From contig JAUCBJ010000735.1 of NCBI GenBank assembly GCA_032718475.1, positions 1 through 64,000 of the forward strand: a DNA stretch of 64,000 bases. The letters run 5' to 3'. The translations under genes and the position numbers were made by a program. Each line of letters opens with the position of its first letter. The first letter of the stretch is position 1. Source of the stretch: Nemertoderma westbladi. Taxonomy: Eukaryota; Animalia; Xenacoelomorpha. Positions 1 through 12,389 of this stretch are shown in pieces. The notes beneath the pieces are model-generated. The model was given only the letters and a program-made list of their open reading frames with translations, did not search any database and was not told the origin of the DNA.

Positions 1-91
1 TCTCATAACCTGATTTTGTGATACAGTCGCACAATTTTAATTTGTATCTCATAACTGGGCCTCGTGCTGCGCGAAGGCCCCACGAACGTGT
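1..91 (+). mobile_element. 3' end of a Helentron-like non-autonomous element (relative of the copies at 14049 and 17623)
   Basis: gtgctgcgcgaaggccccacgaacg-tgt at 64-91 matches the 3' terminus gtgctgcgcgaaggccccacttcg-tgt of the two complete copies. Confidence 0.55.
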
Positions 92-384
92 ATTCACTGG
101 CTGTGATTGACAAGCCAACGTGCCTCAGCAGTTCCTTTCATGAATACCGCAGTTTTTACTTGGCCATTTTGGTAATTTTGGCCGCCAAAATGACCAAGTT
201 AATGTTTATTGGGATTGGGACTGTAGGTATTCTTTCACTTCTGATATTACAGTAGATATAACTGGAGAGACACGTGCAGATAGAGTTACCGGTATGTCGT
301 AATATGTCTGCATTATGTGCTAGCTTATTAAATATACTGGTAAAGATTAATTAGTCCTTCTAATTCATGTTATTTACTTTGTAA

Positions 385-925
385 TTATTACTGGTGACTT
401 TAACATTGACCTTCTAAAGAGAAAGACTACTACGAACTCTAAACGCTACACGGAACTAGTAAACTCTTACGGTTTCCTACAACTAATTAATCAACCTACT
501 AGAGAATAACTCCTGGTCCGAATCTCTAATAGACCACATTATTACTAATATCACTACATCTACAATCTAAAGCTGGCACATTTAAAAGTAAAGTAGATAC
601 TTCAGATCACCAACCTACGTTCTCAATGTTTCAGAAATATTCCTGTTTTTTTAATCAGCCCAAAAATCATTCTGTTTTGGACTACGCTAAATATAACCAT
701 AACAAATTTCTAGAACAAATCAAATCATCTTCCACGTGGACTTATAACTCTGACGATATACCTAATTTGGTATAATTTGATAAATTCTATCAAAATTTAG
801 AAAATATCTGTTAGAAAATATATAATGCTCCTCTTATGTACCTAAAAAAATGTCCAGGTTCAAAGAAGTTACAATTAAACCCTGGATGACAAATAATCTA
901 CTAAAATCTACAATTAAAAATACTA
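385..925 (+). pseudogene. Degenerate CR1/L2-type LINE ORF2 fragment (APE endonuclease C-terminus and linker)
   Basis: Manual translation gives IITGDFNIDLLK, YGFLQLINQPTR, SLIDHII, SDH and KPWMTNNLLKS, broken by stops and frameshifts. Confidence 0.7.
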
Positions 926-2499
926 ATTCTCGATGACGGAATAAAAGAAATGCAGAACGCTATAAAACGGAAACAGGAGAAACAGAAATCTAAGTAAATA
1001 ACAAATTGTAATCTTAATCAAACTTTCGACCCAAAGCGACTCCAAAGACAGTCTCTTTACATAAATACGGATATACAACAATACGGATATACAATCATAT
1101 GCGGGTCTCATAACGTCGTGTCACCCCCTAGCTATTGAACAAGGCAGGTATTCTAGAACGCCAAGTGAAAACCGTCTATGCCGATGTGGGGAGATCGAAT
1201 CGGAAGAACACTTCTTGCTATACTGCTCACAATATAACGAATGTAGGAACACCTTCTTGGGTCCAAATAGACCAGTGTTTTCTGAATTTTTCAATTTAAC
1301 GTGTACACCAAAATTTATTTCAGAAATATTAAAAATTAGAAACACAATCCGTACAATACTTACGTAATCTGGCTAACCCCATCGACCGCACACCGCACCG
1401 TAGACATTAATTAGAAAACTATTTATATAAATATTGCTGTGTTTGTACTGTATATACTGTAGTATAATTGTGACGAACTGTATCCCAGTGTTTACAGTAT
1501 TTATATATTAAGCTCTAATTATTTATTTATTTATAAAGGTCTAATTATCTGACATTAATTATTTACTACTGATAACCGTTATTCTGATAACGTACATGAT
1601 AAATGTAGCTTACAATAATTGTTTTAGGAGGCTATTTAATATACCACGGATGACCGATGGAGAACCAACGAGCATCACTCTGGCCTTTAGTAGTTTTAAA
1701 AAAAAATACCATTATTTGTGCATTTACGGTTTAAATCTATACATACTGTAGTTTATTTTCTAGAGTTGGTAATTCGGTAAACAAAATATTATGTGCAGTG
1801 AACGTAGCAAGTAGATTGGAGATTGAAGGTTCACGCTAAGACAAATGCTAATTTGCAGTAACTGGGCTAGTTAGTTTAAATAGTTATTATTATTACTGTA
1901 ATTATAACATGAATTATGTTCTGTTTGATTTGTGCTCGTATTGTTGTATGTAAATGTTTAGTTTATGTTTGCTACTTTATGTCTGTTTGTTTGTTTAGTT
2001 TATTTTAATATGGAAACCTGTTTTCTGGATTAAAAAGATAATGATAACTACCTTATACCTACACCTATTATAATGGAAATTTGATATATATTATTATATT
2101 AATATTCGCACTAATAGGCCTACTAACTGTCGCTGTTTGTTTGATAAACTTGACTTTTCCGGTATTTATTTATATATTTATTAGGTATTTATTGTGATAT
2201 TTTTACAAACTGATTTTTACGGCATTTATTTATTAGGTTATTATTATTTATTAAATATTCAATCAATAGTTAAATGATTTAATCAATATTAATCGATAAA
2301 TCAATATTAATCGATAAATCAATAGTTCTAATCAAAGCGCTCTAAACCTGGCGTCACTACATAGTAATAAAATCAAACTGCAGTTAGGCCTATTCTAAAA
2401 GATATCAGGAAATTTGTGAAGATATTTCACGAAATTTTGTGATATAAGTTTTTGCCAGTGGCCGATCAAGAACAGAATGGTGTTTGGGGTTGCAAGACC

Positions 2500-2870
2500 C
2501 CACCATCCGTTAGTCTGCCTACTGTTCTGTTACTAAGTAGCGAAGTTGAGTCACAGTCACCAATCACCATGCCCCTGTTGGACCACCACCACTTGGAGGT
2601 GTCTCATTGGTTCCCCCAAGCTGAACACTAGAATAAAATCGCCTCCGCTTTGCAGGACATTGCTTTCGCCGTGAGGACCAGCCAGTGCATAATCTTGTAC
2701 TTTGGCAGCCTCATGGAGTGAATAAGCATGGTGGACAGCCCATGACTTTCTTGAGACGCATCTTAAAGGACATTGACCTTGAAGATGCGGATGATCTAGC
2801 AAATGTCATGGGTGATAGGGAGTTGTGGCGGCGCAATTTTGTCGACAAGCCGGCACAGCATTCTTAAAAA
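2500..2870 (+). pseudogene. 3' end fragment of an RTE-like LINE ORF
   Basis: RLRFAGHCFRREDQPVHNLVLWQP...MGDRELWRR resembles the C-terminus of RTE-clade reverse transcriptase ORFs. Confidence 0.65.
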
Positions 2871-4528
2871 TGCAGCATGCCGATCCACCATCCCCCCCCC
2901 CACCCAGGGCCAATAAACCAATACCTTTGTTACTTTTAAGGTACTGCAACAAACTCTGCTACCTTTAAGTTTACTATAACTTTGATACTTTTAAGGAACT
3001 GTGTAAGGTTGTTGTTACCTTTAAGTTAACTATAGATTTTTTACTTTTAAGGTACTACATACGGAACGCGATTTTACATCAGGCAACGAAATTACCGGCC
3101 GAGAATCAATAGCCTCGAAGCTTAAGATTTTCCGCGATAAAGCCAGAACTGGTGATCCCGGAAAAGCAGACGAAGTTTTTCAGAAGTATCACAAACTAAG
3201 CGAATGGATGATCGAATGGTTTACATATTATACCGTAGAGATTGGTAAGCATCACCCAAACAGTAAAGCGAACACAATTTTTATTATATAGAGATTGATT
3301 AGCTAACAGTAGGTTTGTCCAGTAGGGTCACGTTTGCGTCTCCACCCACTGACATTCACTTGTATTAGGATCGAACCGTGTAGGTTCGTCCATTAGGGTC
3401 ACGTTTGGTTTGCCAAACGCTGATACGTTCCATGTCATTGACCTCAGCCCTTACTTGCCCATTATGTGAAAAAGTTTTGCACATATGGAGCAAAAGGATC
3501 AAAACGTAACTGTTTGGCCAACCAGTAGCTCTTACCAATCAGTGACGAGCTACGTACGGCCAATCAACATTCAGACGTTCCGATCCTGATTTGCATATGT
3601 CTGGCTATAAAACATGTTAAATATGCAGTTCACATCAGATTCTCAATGGTTTTCTCTCAACCTCCTATACAGTCCACTTCAACCCTGAACGAGAGGTGTC
3701 GAATACCCCACTCATAGAAACCAACGGATCGCATGCATTTCTCCCTCTCAACAGCGCCGTTTCTCACAAGCCATCACCCACACAGTAATGCGAAGACATT
3801 AAAAATATTCGAAAAAAATAAATTTTCGTAATTATCTCTGTAATGTGTATTATATTAGAAAGACATGTTGATCATACAAATTAAATTCTACAACCAAAAC
3901 ATAATTATAAACATTTTATATTAATATAAATCCACCACCGCCCAAAACTAAACTAGGCCCACATAATTTGCACCATAATTATAATTTAAAAAAAAAATTC
4001 ACTTTAAAAAGCGAATAATGTGGTATAATAGGATAGTACAGTTGAAAAGTTTCAAACAAGCATGTTCTAGAATAAAAATAATAATTATTATTATAATAAA
4101 GAAAGTTACATTTGAACAAAAGCAGCGTAAGCATTCTATAAACAGTTTTAAAAATATAAATTATTTAAACTTGTCTAGTATATATTAACCTATAGGCATC
4201 AGACAAGGTACTTACAAACAACAACGTGTTCGTCCAGCATATTATAGTTCATCAGGGAGACTACGCGCAGCACGAGACTGCATATGTACCAAGTTTGGTT
4301 TAATTTACTTTTCATTTCATAATTTAATTAAATAAAGCATAATATTTCACTATTAATTGATTAAAGTTTATTTCATTTGAGTTTTTCATTCCATATTTTA
4401 CTCACTTGCATATCACTTGGTTCGGGTAAATTAAATATTCCCATTCAAATCAGAGCAAAAGACTTTATAAAGTAAATATATAACAGAAATGTCATATTTT
4501 TATCAATTATGGTGAAATATATTTGCCA

Positions 4529-4858
4529 GGAATTATTACAATTCGGTCTCGGACAACTCGGTCCCAAAACATTAATTAATGGGTCAGAGTAAAACGCGGA
4601 TCCGGATCCGGATTCTACATTTAACATTGTCCCCACGGAAGTCGATTTTTTTTACATTTTTAAACTCCCAAAAATAAAACTGTAACCTGTTCTATTGACT
4701 TTAGTTTATTGTTTTGGTTAAAATAACGTGCCACTGTAACCTGCTCCTTTCCCTTAATTGATAATTTTGGAATCCGGATCCGTATCCGCGTTTTACACCT
4801 ACCCTGAATTAATTAATTAATTGAATTAATAAATGTCCGGGACCGAATTGTCGCTTCC
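4529..4858. mobile_element. MULE-like MITE containing a second MITE (4581-4804)
   Basis: Outer element: ggaa...ttcc ends, subterminal ggacaactcggtccc/gggaccgaattgtc, flanked by a near-identical 9-mer (tatttgcca/tgtttgcca). Inner element: ~35-bp TIRs gggtcagagtaaaacgcggatccggatccggattc / gaatccggatccgtatccgcgttttacacctaccc. Confidence 0.6.
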
Positions 4859-5297
4859 TGTTTGCCAATTATGTTTACCATCTATTTGGTCAGTAAATAA
4901 CGGACTAAATCAAATCAGTTATTATCAATACGAAACATTCATATATCGACAATATTATCTAGGTGTTGGGCATAAAAATATATTAGAATATTGAATCGAA
5001 AAAAAATTAAAATTGTTTGGTTCGACAAATACAACCATTTGTAATACATTATTTGACACAAACAGTTAACTAACAATGTCCGCAGTTAAACTCGAACTAC
5101 AAACATTTAAAAGCGACATCCGATAGAGGGAAGGGGGGCGACTGTAGAGACAAAATTACTTAGGAATTATCCAAAATATAAATTCATTTTAAAGCAAATA
5201 CTAAACTACAACAACCAATTCCTCTAAACCTAATTTAGTTACAATTCATAATTAATTAATTAACTAATTATTTAGCAAATAGATTGTCATTTAACCA

Positions 5298-6041
5298 TCA
5301 CCAACCCATTTCGGCCGCACTCATCTCCCCATCCGGGGTCATTGGATACTCACCGGTCAGACAGGCGGTGCAATGGCCCCCTTTCTGCGGCCCTTCCCCG
5401 AGACCCGCGTCTATAGAGGAGACTAGACCCTCCACGGTGAGATAAACTAACGAATCAGCGCCCATATGTTTGGCCATCGCTGTCTCAGGGTCTACAGAGT
5501 TGGCGATCAACTCTTCTCTAGTCGGGATATTAATTCCCATATAACAGGGAAACTTTAAAGGAGGCGAAGCTATTCTAACGTGAACCTCAGCAGCGCCTTC
5601 TTTCCTTAATAAAATAACTATAGCTGACAAAGTATTCCCTCGAACTATAGAATCATCTATTAACACAATCCTTTTACCTTTAATGTTGTCTCGTAAAGCC
5701 CCGAATTTCTTTAGCACTGCTAACTTTCTCAACCTGTTGCTCGGTTGTATGAATGTCCGACCGATGTATCGATTCTTACAGAGGACTTCGATAAACGGGA
5801 GACCGGTCTCGTACCCGTAACCAATAGCGGCCGAGTTCCCCGACTCAGGGATCGCAGACACTATATCAGCGGGGACCGCAGACTCTCTGGCTAGTTGGCG
5901 GCCGCAACGCCATCTAGCGGTCCATACCATCTGTCCGTCGTATATTGTGTCCGGTCTCGAGAAGTAGACGTACTCGAATATGCAGAAGGCCAGTGATTGG
6001 TCGCCGGAAGGGCGCGGTATTATTGCGGAAGAGTGGACTCC
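5298..6041 (-). CDS. PPAT: Amidophosphoribosyltransferase, coding exon 3 (last; PRTase domain)
   Basis: Acceptor ttttcttccttatctgcag|G. Reads GVHSS...[30 protein letters not shown] loop [12 protein letters not shown], and Fe-S ligand motifs PCYMGI and HCTAC; stop at 5298. Joins exon 2 in phase 0. Confidence 0.96.
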   Translation of the reverse strand, partial: GVHSSAIIPRPSGDQSLAFCIFEYVYFSRPDTIYDGQMVWTARWRCGRQLARESAVPADIVSAIPESGNSAAIGYGYETGLPFIEVLCKNRYIGRTFIQPSNRLRKLAVLKKFGALRDNIKGKRIVLIDDSIVRGNTLSAIVILLRKEGAAEVHVRIASPPLKFPCYMGINIPTREELIANSVDPETAMAKHMGADSLVYLTVEGLVSSIDAGLGEGPQKGGHCTACLTGEYPMTPDGEMSAAEMGW

Positions 6042-6589
6042 CTGCAGATAAGGAAGAAAATTCGAGTGTAAATAAGTTGGAATACGAAATGGACCAAATT
6101 AATAATAATTTAATTGAGTTATTTTTCGACGAGAGAGATTTCGACATACCAGTGGCGGAGATCTGTTTTTGTGGATTTTGTGGGGGGTGGACAAAAAGAG
6201 TTTTAATTCATGGTTGTATTCAATGCTATCGAGCAATTTTGTCTGAAATTTAGCTGGGGTCATTTTATATACAAAAAGGTCCAAAAAATTCAGTTTGTGT
6301 GGAATTTCCGCACTAAAAAGGCACCAAAGCATTTTTATCCAAAATTATTTTCCCGCGAAAAAGATTTACAAAATAATTAGAATCACAATAGGGAACCCAA
6401 CGGCTGCTCAGCTTATTGGAACAGGCTGCTTCTAGTCTTGGTCTTTTATTTAACTCAATAGGCTTGAAGAACCATTAATATTAATTGATAATTATATTTA
6501 ATATATTGGCAAGCAAGTTAGGTAAAAAAAAGAACCTGAATTAGTTTTAGACCTGAGTTAAGTTACCTGAAACAATGGGATTGTGTTCC

Positions 6590-7670
6590 TTTGCCGTTCT
6601 ATAAGGGGAACGGGTAGTGTCACTGTGTCATTCGGGACGTGGTTGTCAGCATTGTGGGGGGAGCCCAAGGATACCACTTCTCCTAAGCTGTCCAAACCTT
6701 GCCAAGGTCCACAAGTCTGGCGTTCCACTCCGTCCTATAACCTCTATGCCTGGCAGCATTTCCCACCCGGTCGTTGGGTTTCTCAGGGCATGTCGGATGT
6801 GCTCCCCGACGGTAAGATATAAACCAACAGTGCTCGGTCTGCCCATCGTCTCTCCAAACTGGAGGTACCGGTACTCCCCGCGGAGAGGAACGTTGATGTC
6901 GTGTTCATAATTGGTGGTAACGACCCCACTGTGAAGTTGAGAGAAGTCAATGCCCTGCATACCAATCTTCAGTTTTCTCTTGAGATGTAAGAACAGGGGC
7001 TGCTTGCCGTTTCTTGATTTGGTTGTGAGTCACGCACTTTCGGTTGCGTGGTACCGGTACCTCAAGCCCACAGATACTGGGCTCGTCCTTAATGCCACTA
7101 CGTGTGCCGCTGAGTCTTAAAAACGCAGTGTAGTTCATGGTATGTTCCATCGTATTTTTAACATCAGTAAGGGTGGGGATGGTTCCCAACTCTATACCGC
7201 TATTGGGGAAACTAGCGATCAGTAGCCCTGAGGATGAGGTACCAGCGGTTGTTCCCCCCCCCCAGGTCATTGGCCCGGTGGATGCTGCAACTGCTGACGA
7301 TTCCAGGCCCATTATCTGTAAATTTTCCCGAGGTCGGGCAACCGATCTGTTTGTGCGAAGGTTAGGTGGTCTCATACCAACGTCGTGCACACGCCCAGCT
7401 CCGATTGTCAGCACAGCACCAGGATGGGACTGCTAAGGATGGTAGACTGTAAGGCAAGACTTGTGCACAACCACATCATGACATACCATGGCGCGCCCAA
7501 TACACGTTGGCTGACTGACTGGCGTAAACTATTTAAACATTTCAAAGTAATTGCACGGCACCCATTGTTGGCTGTTCTGCAAAAGCTTGAAATGTATTAT
7601 ATTCGCAAACGCCGGCCCATTATCAACAAGCAGACACGTGATTGGCAGAAGGAATGGACACCATTGACAT
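6590..7670 (+). mobile_element. Degenerate Penelope-like element (RT and GIY-YIG endonuclease remnants)
   Basis: LAKVHKSGVPLRPITS resembles Penelope RT LPKIHK.GxPLRPIVS; also HTNLQFSLE, and a C-terminal FKVIARH...LEMYYIRKRRPIINKQ typical of the GIY-YIG tail. Heavily frameshifted. Confidence 0.7.
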
Positions 7671-7671
7671 C

Positions 7672-10252
7672 AACCTGTCGGTTACTACGGACAATCTCCC
7701 TCGGAAATAAGGACGGACACCAATCTGTCGGATAATACGGACAATCACTCCCGGAAGTACTGACGGAAACAAACCTGTCGGTTAATACGGCCTATCTCTC
7801 CCGGAAGTACTGACGGACACAAACCTGTCGGTTAATACGGACAATCTCTCCCGGAAGTACTGACGGACACAAACCTGTCGGTTAATACGGACAATCTCCC
7901 CCGGGTGTACGGAACGGACGGACACAAACCTGTCGGTTAATACGGACAATCTCTCCCGGAAGTACTGACGGAAACAAACCTGTCGGTTAATACGGCCAAT
8001 CTCTCCCGGAAGTACTGACGGACACAAACCTGTCGGTTAATACGGACAATCTCTCCAGGAAGTACGGACGGACACAAACCTGTCGGTTAATACGGACAAT
8101 CTCTCCCGGAAGTACTGACGGACACAAACCTGTCGGTTAATACGGACAATCTCCCCCGGGTGTACGGAACGGACGGACACAAACCTGTCGGTTAATACGG
8201 ACAATCTCTCCCGGAAGTACTGACGGAAACAAACCTGTCGGTTAATACGGCCAATCTCTCCTGGAAGTACTGACGGACACAAACCTGTCGGTTAATACGG
8301 ACAATCTCAACCGGAAGTACGGAAGGACACAAACCTGTCGGTTAATACGGACAATCTCCCCTGGTTGTACGTAACGACGTTCACAAACCTTTCAGTTAAT
8401 ACGGAGAATCTCTCCCGGAAGTACTGACGGAAACAAACCTGTCGGTTAATACGGCCAATCTCTCCCGGAAGTACTGACGGACACAAACCTGTCGGTTATT
8501 ACGGACAATCTCTCCCGGAAGTACTGACGGACACAAACCTGTCGTTTAATACGGACAGTCTCAACCGGAAGTACGGACGGACACCAACCTGTCGGTTAAT
8601 ACGGACAATCTCTCCCGGAAGTACTGACGGACACAAACCTGTCGGTTAATACGGACAATCACTCCCGGAAGTACTGACGGAAACAAACCTGTCGGTTAAT
8701 ACGGCCAATCTCTCCCGGAAGTACTGACGGATACAAACCTGTCGGTTAATACGGACAATCGCTATCGGAAGTACTGACGGACACAAACCTGTCGGTTAAT
8801 ACGGACAATCTCTCCAGGAAGTACGGACGGACACAAACCTGTCGGTTAATACGGACAATCGCTATCGGAAGTACTGACGGACACAAACCTGTCGGTTAAT
8901 ACGGACAATCACTCCCGGAAGTACTGACGGAAACAAACCTGTCGGTTAATACGGCCAATCTCTCCCGGAAGTACTGACGGACACAAACCTGTCGGTTAAT
9001 ACGGACAATCGCTATCGGAAGTAATGACGGACACAAACCTGTCGGTTAATACGGACAATCTCTCCAGGAAGTACGGACGGACACAAACCTGTCGGTTAAT
9101 ACGGACAATCGCTATCGGAAGTACTGACGGACACAAACCTGTGGGTTAATACGGACAATCTCCCCCGGATGTAAGGAACGGACGGACACAAACCTGTCGG
9201 TTAATACGGACAATCTCAACCGGAAGTACTGACGGACACAAACCTGTCGGTTAATACGGACAATCTCAACCGGAAGTACTGACGGACACAAACCTGTTGG
9301 TTAATACGGACAATCTCAACCGGAAGTACTGACGGACACAAACCTGTCGGTTAATACGGACAATCTCCCCCGGATGTACGGAACGGACGGACACAAACCT
9401 GTCGGTTAATACGGACAATCTCTCCTGGAAGTACTGACGGACACAAACCTGTCGGTTAATACGGACAATCTCTCCCGGAAGTACTGACGGACACAAACCT
9501 GTCGGTTAATACGGACAATCTCTCCCGGAAGTACGGAACGGACGGACACAAACATGTCGGTTAATACGGACAATCTCTCCCGGAAGTACTGACGGACACA
9601 AACCTGTCGGTTAATACGGACAATCTCTCTCGGAAGTACGGACGTTCACAAACCTGTCGGTTAATACGGACAATCTCAACCGGAAGTACGGACGGACACC
9701 AACCTGTCGGTTAATACGGACAATCTCTCCCGGAAGTACTGACGGACACAAACCTGTCGGTTAATACGGACAATCACTCCCGGAAGTACTGACTGACACA
9801 AACCTGTCGGTTAATACGGACAATCTCTCTCGGAAGTACGGACGTTCACAAACCTGTCGGTTAATACGGACAATCTCAACCGGAAGTACGGACGGACACA
9901 AACCTGTCGGTTAATACGGACAATCTCTCCCGGAAGTACTGACGGACACAAACCTGTCGGTTAATACGGACAATCTCTCCCGGAAGTACTGACGGACACA
10001 AACCTGTCGGTTAATACTGACAATCTCTCCCGGAAGTACTGACGGACACAAACCTGTCGGTTAATACGGTCAATCTCTATCGGAAGTACAGACGGACACA
10101 AACCTGTCGGTTAATACGGACAATCTCCCCCGGAAGTACGGAAGGACACCAACCTGTCGGTTAATACGGACAATCTCTCCCGGAAGTACGGACGGACACA
10201 AACCTGTCGGTTAATACGGACAATCTCTCCCGGAAGTACGGAAGGACACCAA
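7672..10252. repeat. 50-bp minisatellite derived from the PPAT exon 2/intron 2 junction, distal half (~50 copies)
   Basis: Unit ggttaatacggacaatctctcccggaagtac(t/g)gacggacac(a/c)aacctgtc repeated head to tail, with 55-bp variants. Confidence 0.97.
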
Positions 10253-10503
10253 TATTAGATCCAATAATAGAAAATACTAATATCAGTTCACAAAATAATA
10301 ATAATGATTTTATAATTTGTTATTATATATATATATAAACTTGTCAGTCTACTGACTTACAATCATTGAAAGCATACTACCAAGCTTCAGTAATTAACTT
10401 ATTCAGTACTGCAGTAGGTGTTAAGCACCAAATCTTAAAAACTAAAAAAAACATTCTCTTTACCGGTATCAAACTGTCCATACACTAATGTGTATCTCTT
10501 ACA
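10253..10503 (-). repeat. Gypsy 3' LTR
   Basis: Direct repeat of 21236-21486; sense strand reads TGTAAGAG...CTAATA. Confidence 0.95.
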
Positions 10504-11760
10504 CTACCCCCAAACCAGTAGCGGAGCGTCTTGTAGGTTATATGACTTGATTTTAGGACGAAGGTTAAACTTAACAGTTTTCTTTTTTAGTTTCTTATAA
10601 TCGTTTAGTGCTAAATCAAATGCCTTTTTGTATCCCCGAGTTGTTCGGTTATCAATATTTTGTTCAATTGGATTGAAGAGTTTTATATTGTTCTCTGGAA
10701 CAAATCCAATGCGATTAGACCCGTAATAGTGGACAGGAATCTTAGGTATAGATGAGCATTGTTTGTTTTGTAAAGATGGTATTACTAATCCAGGCCACGT
10801 TGGTTATCCATCTTCTTTAGCCATTACAACAAGTCCTGGTTTGAACGTATTTTCGCCGTATTTTCGTGTTGTCATTACAGGTTCTTTGTTGTTTTTCATA
10901 GGTTTGATTTGTAAATGTGAGTTATTTGTAGTTGATTTCTCATCATTGTTTGATTTCTCATCATTGTTTGATTTCTCATCATTGTTTGATTTCTCATCAT
11001 TGTTTTGGATGAAAGCTGGTTTGGTTCGGTCTATCGAAATCTTTTGAGTCCTTCCTTTAATTTCAACTGTTACAGTTTTTTCATCGCGTTCTAGAACAAC
11101 ATATGGACCAGTATATCGATCACTGAGTGAAGATTTGACGCGTTCATTTCTAATCCAAATGTTATTTGCAGTTTCAAGTGATTTTGGGATATGTTTTTTT
11201 ATTGAATTGTCTCTCTGGGGCTCTATAGGAATCCATAGTTTTAAATAAATTATTCATATAGTCAGGAAGACTCTTTTGTTCATTTGTTTCGGTTGGCGCA
11301 AAAAATTGTTTGGGTAGATCGATTGTACCACCATATACCATTTGTGTTGCAGTATATCCATCAGGAGCAATACTATTGCGTAATCCAAGTAATACCATCG
11401 GTAATGTATCAACCCAGGAAGATGTGGTTGCATGACATCGTAGTGAATTTTTCAGAGTTCGATGAAATCTCTCTACAGCGCCATTGCATTGGGGATGATA
11501 GGTTGTAGTTCTTTTTCTATTAATTCCAAGTGAATGCATTAATTCACTCCAAACAGCAGATTCGAATTGACTTCCCCAATCAGTTATTAGTTCTCTTGGA
11601 ACGCCGAATCTTGATATCCAATTAGTAATCATGGCTTTTGCAACTGATTCCGTGCTTATGTTATTTACTGGAATAACTTCAAACCATCTTGTGAAACGAT
11701 CAAGTATTGTAACCTTATATTCGTATCCTCTAGATTGTGGAACTTTACCAACTATGTCTA
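10504..11760 (-). pseudogene. Gypsy integrase core, GPY/F module, (NNDEKS)x4 linker and C-terminal PWWP domain
   Basis: DIVG...DRFTRW...LITDWGSQF...YHPQCNGAVERFHRTLK (rve core). After a frameshift near 11200: YTGPY...ISIDRTKP, then FKPGLVVMAKEDG*PTWPGLV...VHYYGSNRIGFV...GYKKAFDLAL. Confidence 0.88.
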
Positions 11761-11924
11761 CACTGAAAAAAGTAAGTGCCGGTCGATTTTTTAACCATTG
11801 GTTATGGATAGGTACTTGCGGTAGTGATTGGTAAACCGGGGGTTAGTATGGATCATACAAAAATGGCTGGTAGTAACCTCCGGTTACGATATTAAACCGG
11901 CGGTTTAAGATGTATTGGTTATAT

Positions 11925-12301
11925 ATAATGCTCCGCATTATCGCCACCAAACTCCACAGCGCCTGGGGTAAACCCTACACCACCGTTATGGGATGGGTCC
12001 GCACGCGAGTGCAGTTCGCCATTGTCCGCGGTACGTCCCACTGCCTGCGCGGATCTCGCACGAGGTGGCGTAGCGGTCTGGGATTTGAGGACGGGGCCGG
12101 TCTCCCAACATTGGCCATGTAAATAAACCTGTAAATAATATATTGTTGGACTTTTCCCACTCCTACCTAAAAGTTATTTTTAAAGTATGATTGTTTCCTG
12201 GTGGTGGGTATTACAGCCATTGTTTGTTTTGTGTTGTTTTTTTTTATTGTTTGTATTTGTCTCAATCCAATATCAGCAATAAAAACCGTAGTACTGTATA
12301 C
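11925..12301 (+). mobile_element. 5'-truncated CRE-like (restriction-like endonuclease) non-LTR retrotransposon
   Basis: IATKLHSAWGKPYTTVMGWVRTRVQFAIVRGTSHCLRGSR resembles the C-terminus of CRE-clade ORFs. Flanked by a 14-bp direct repeat tgtattggttatat (11911-11924 and 12302-12315). Confidence 0.75.
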
Positions 12302-12389
12302 TGTATTGGTTATATTACCTGAAAAGAAACCTGTAGTCATTGCGGAATTTTGCATAGAAAGTGACGGTTGTATTAAAAAGGTGGTTATT

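Noticed and set aside
2900-3060. Possible CACTA-type subterminal repeats (acttttaaggtact/acctttaagtt)
   Set aside because: I could not find a matching opposite terminus or TSD, so no element is called.
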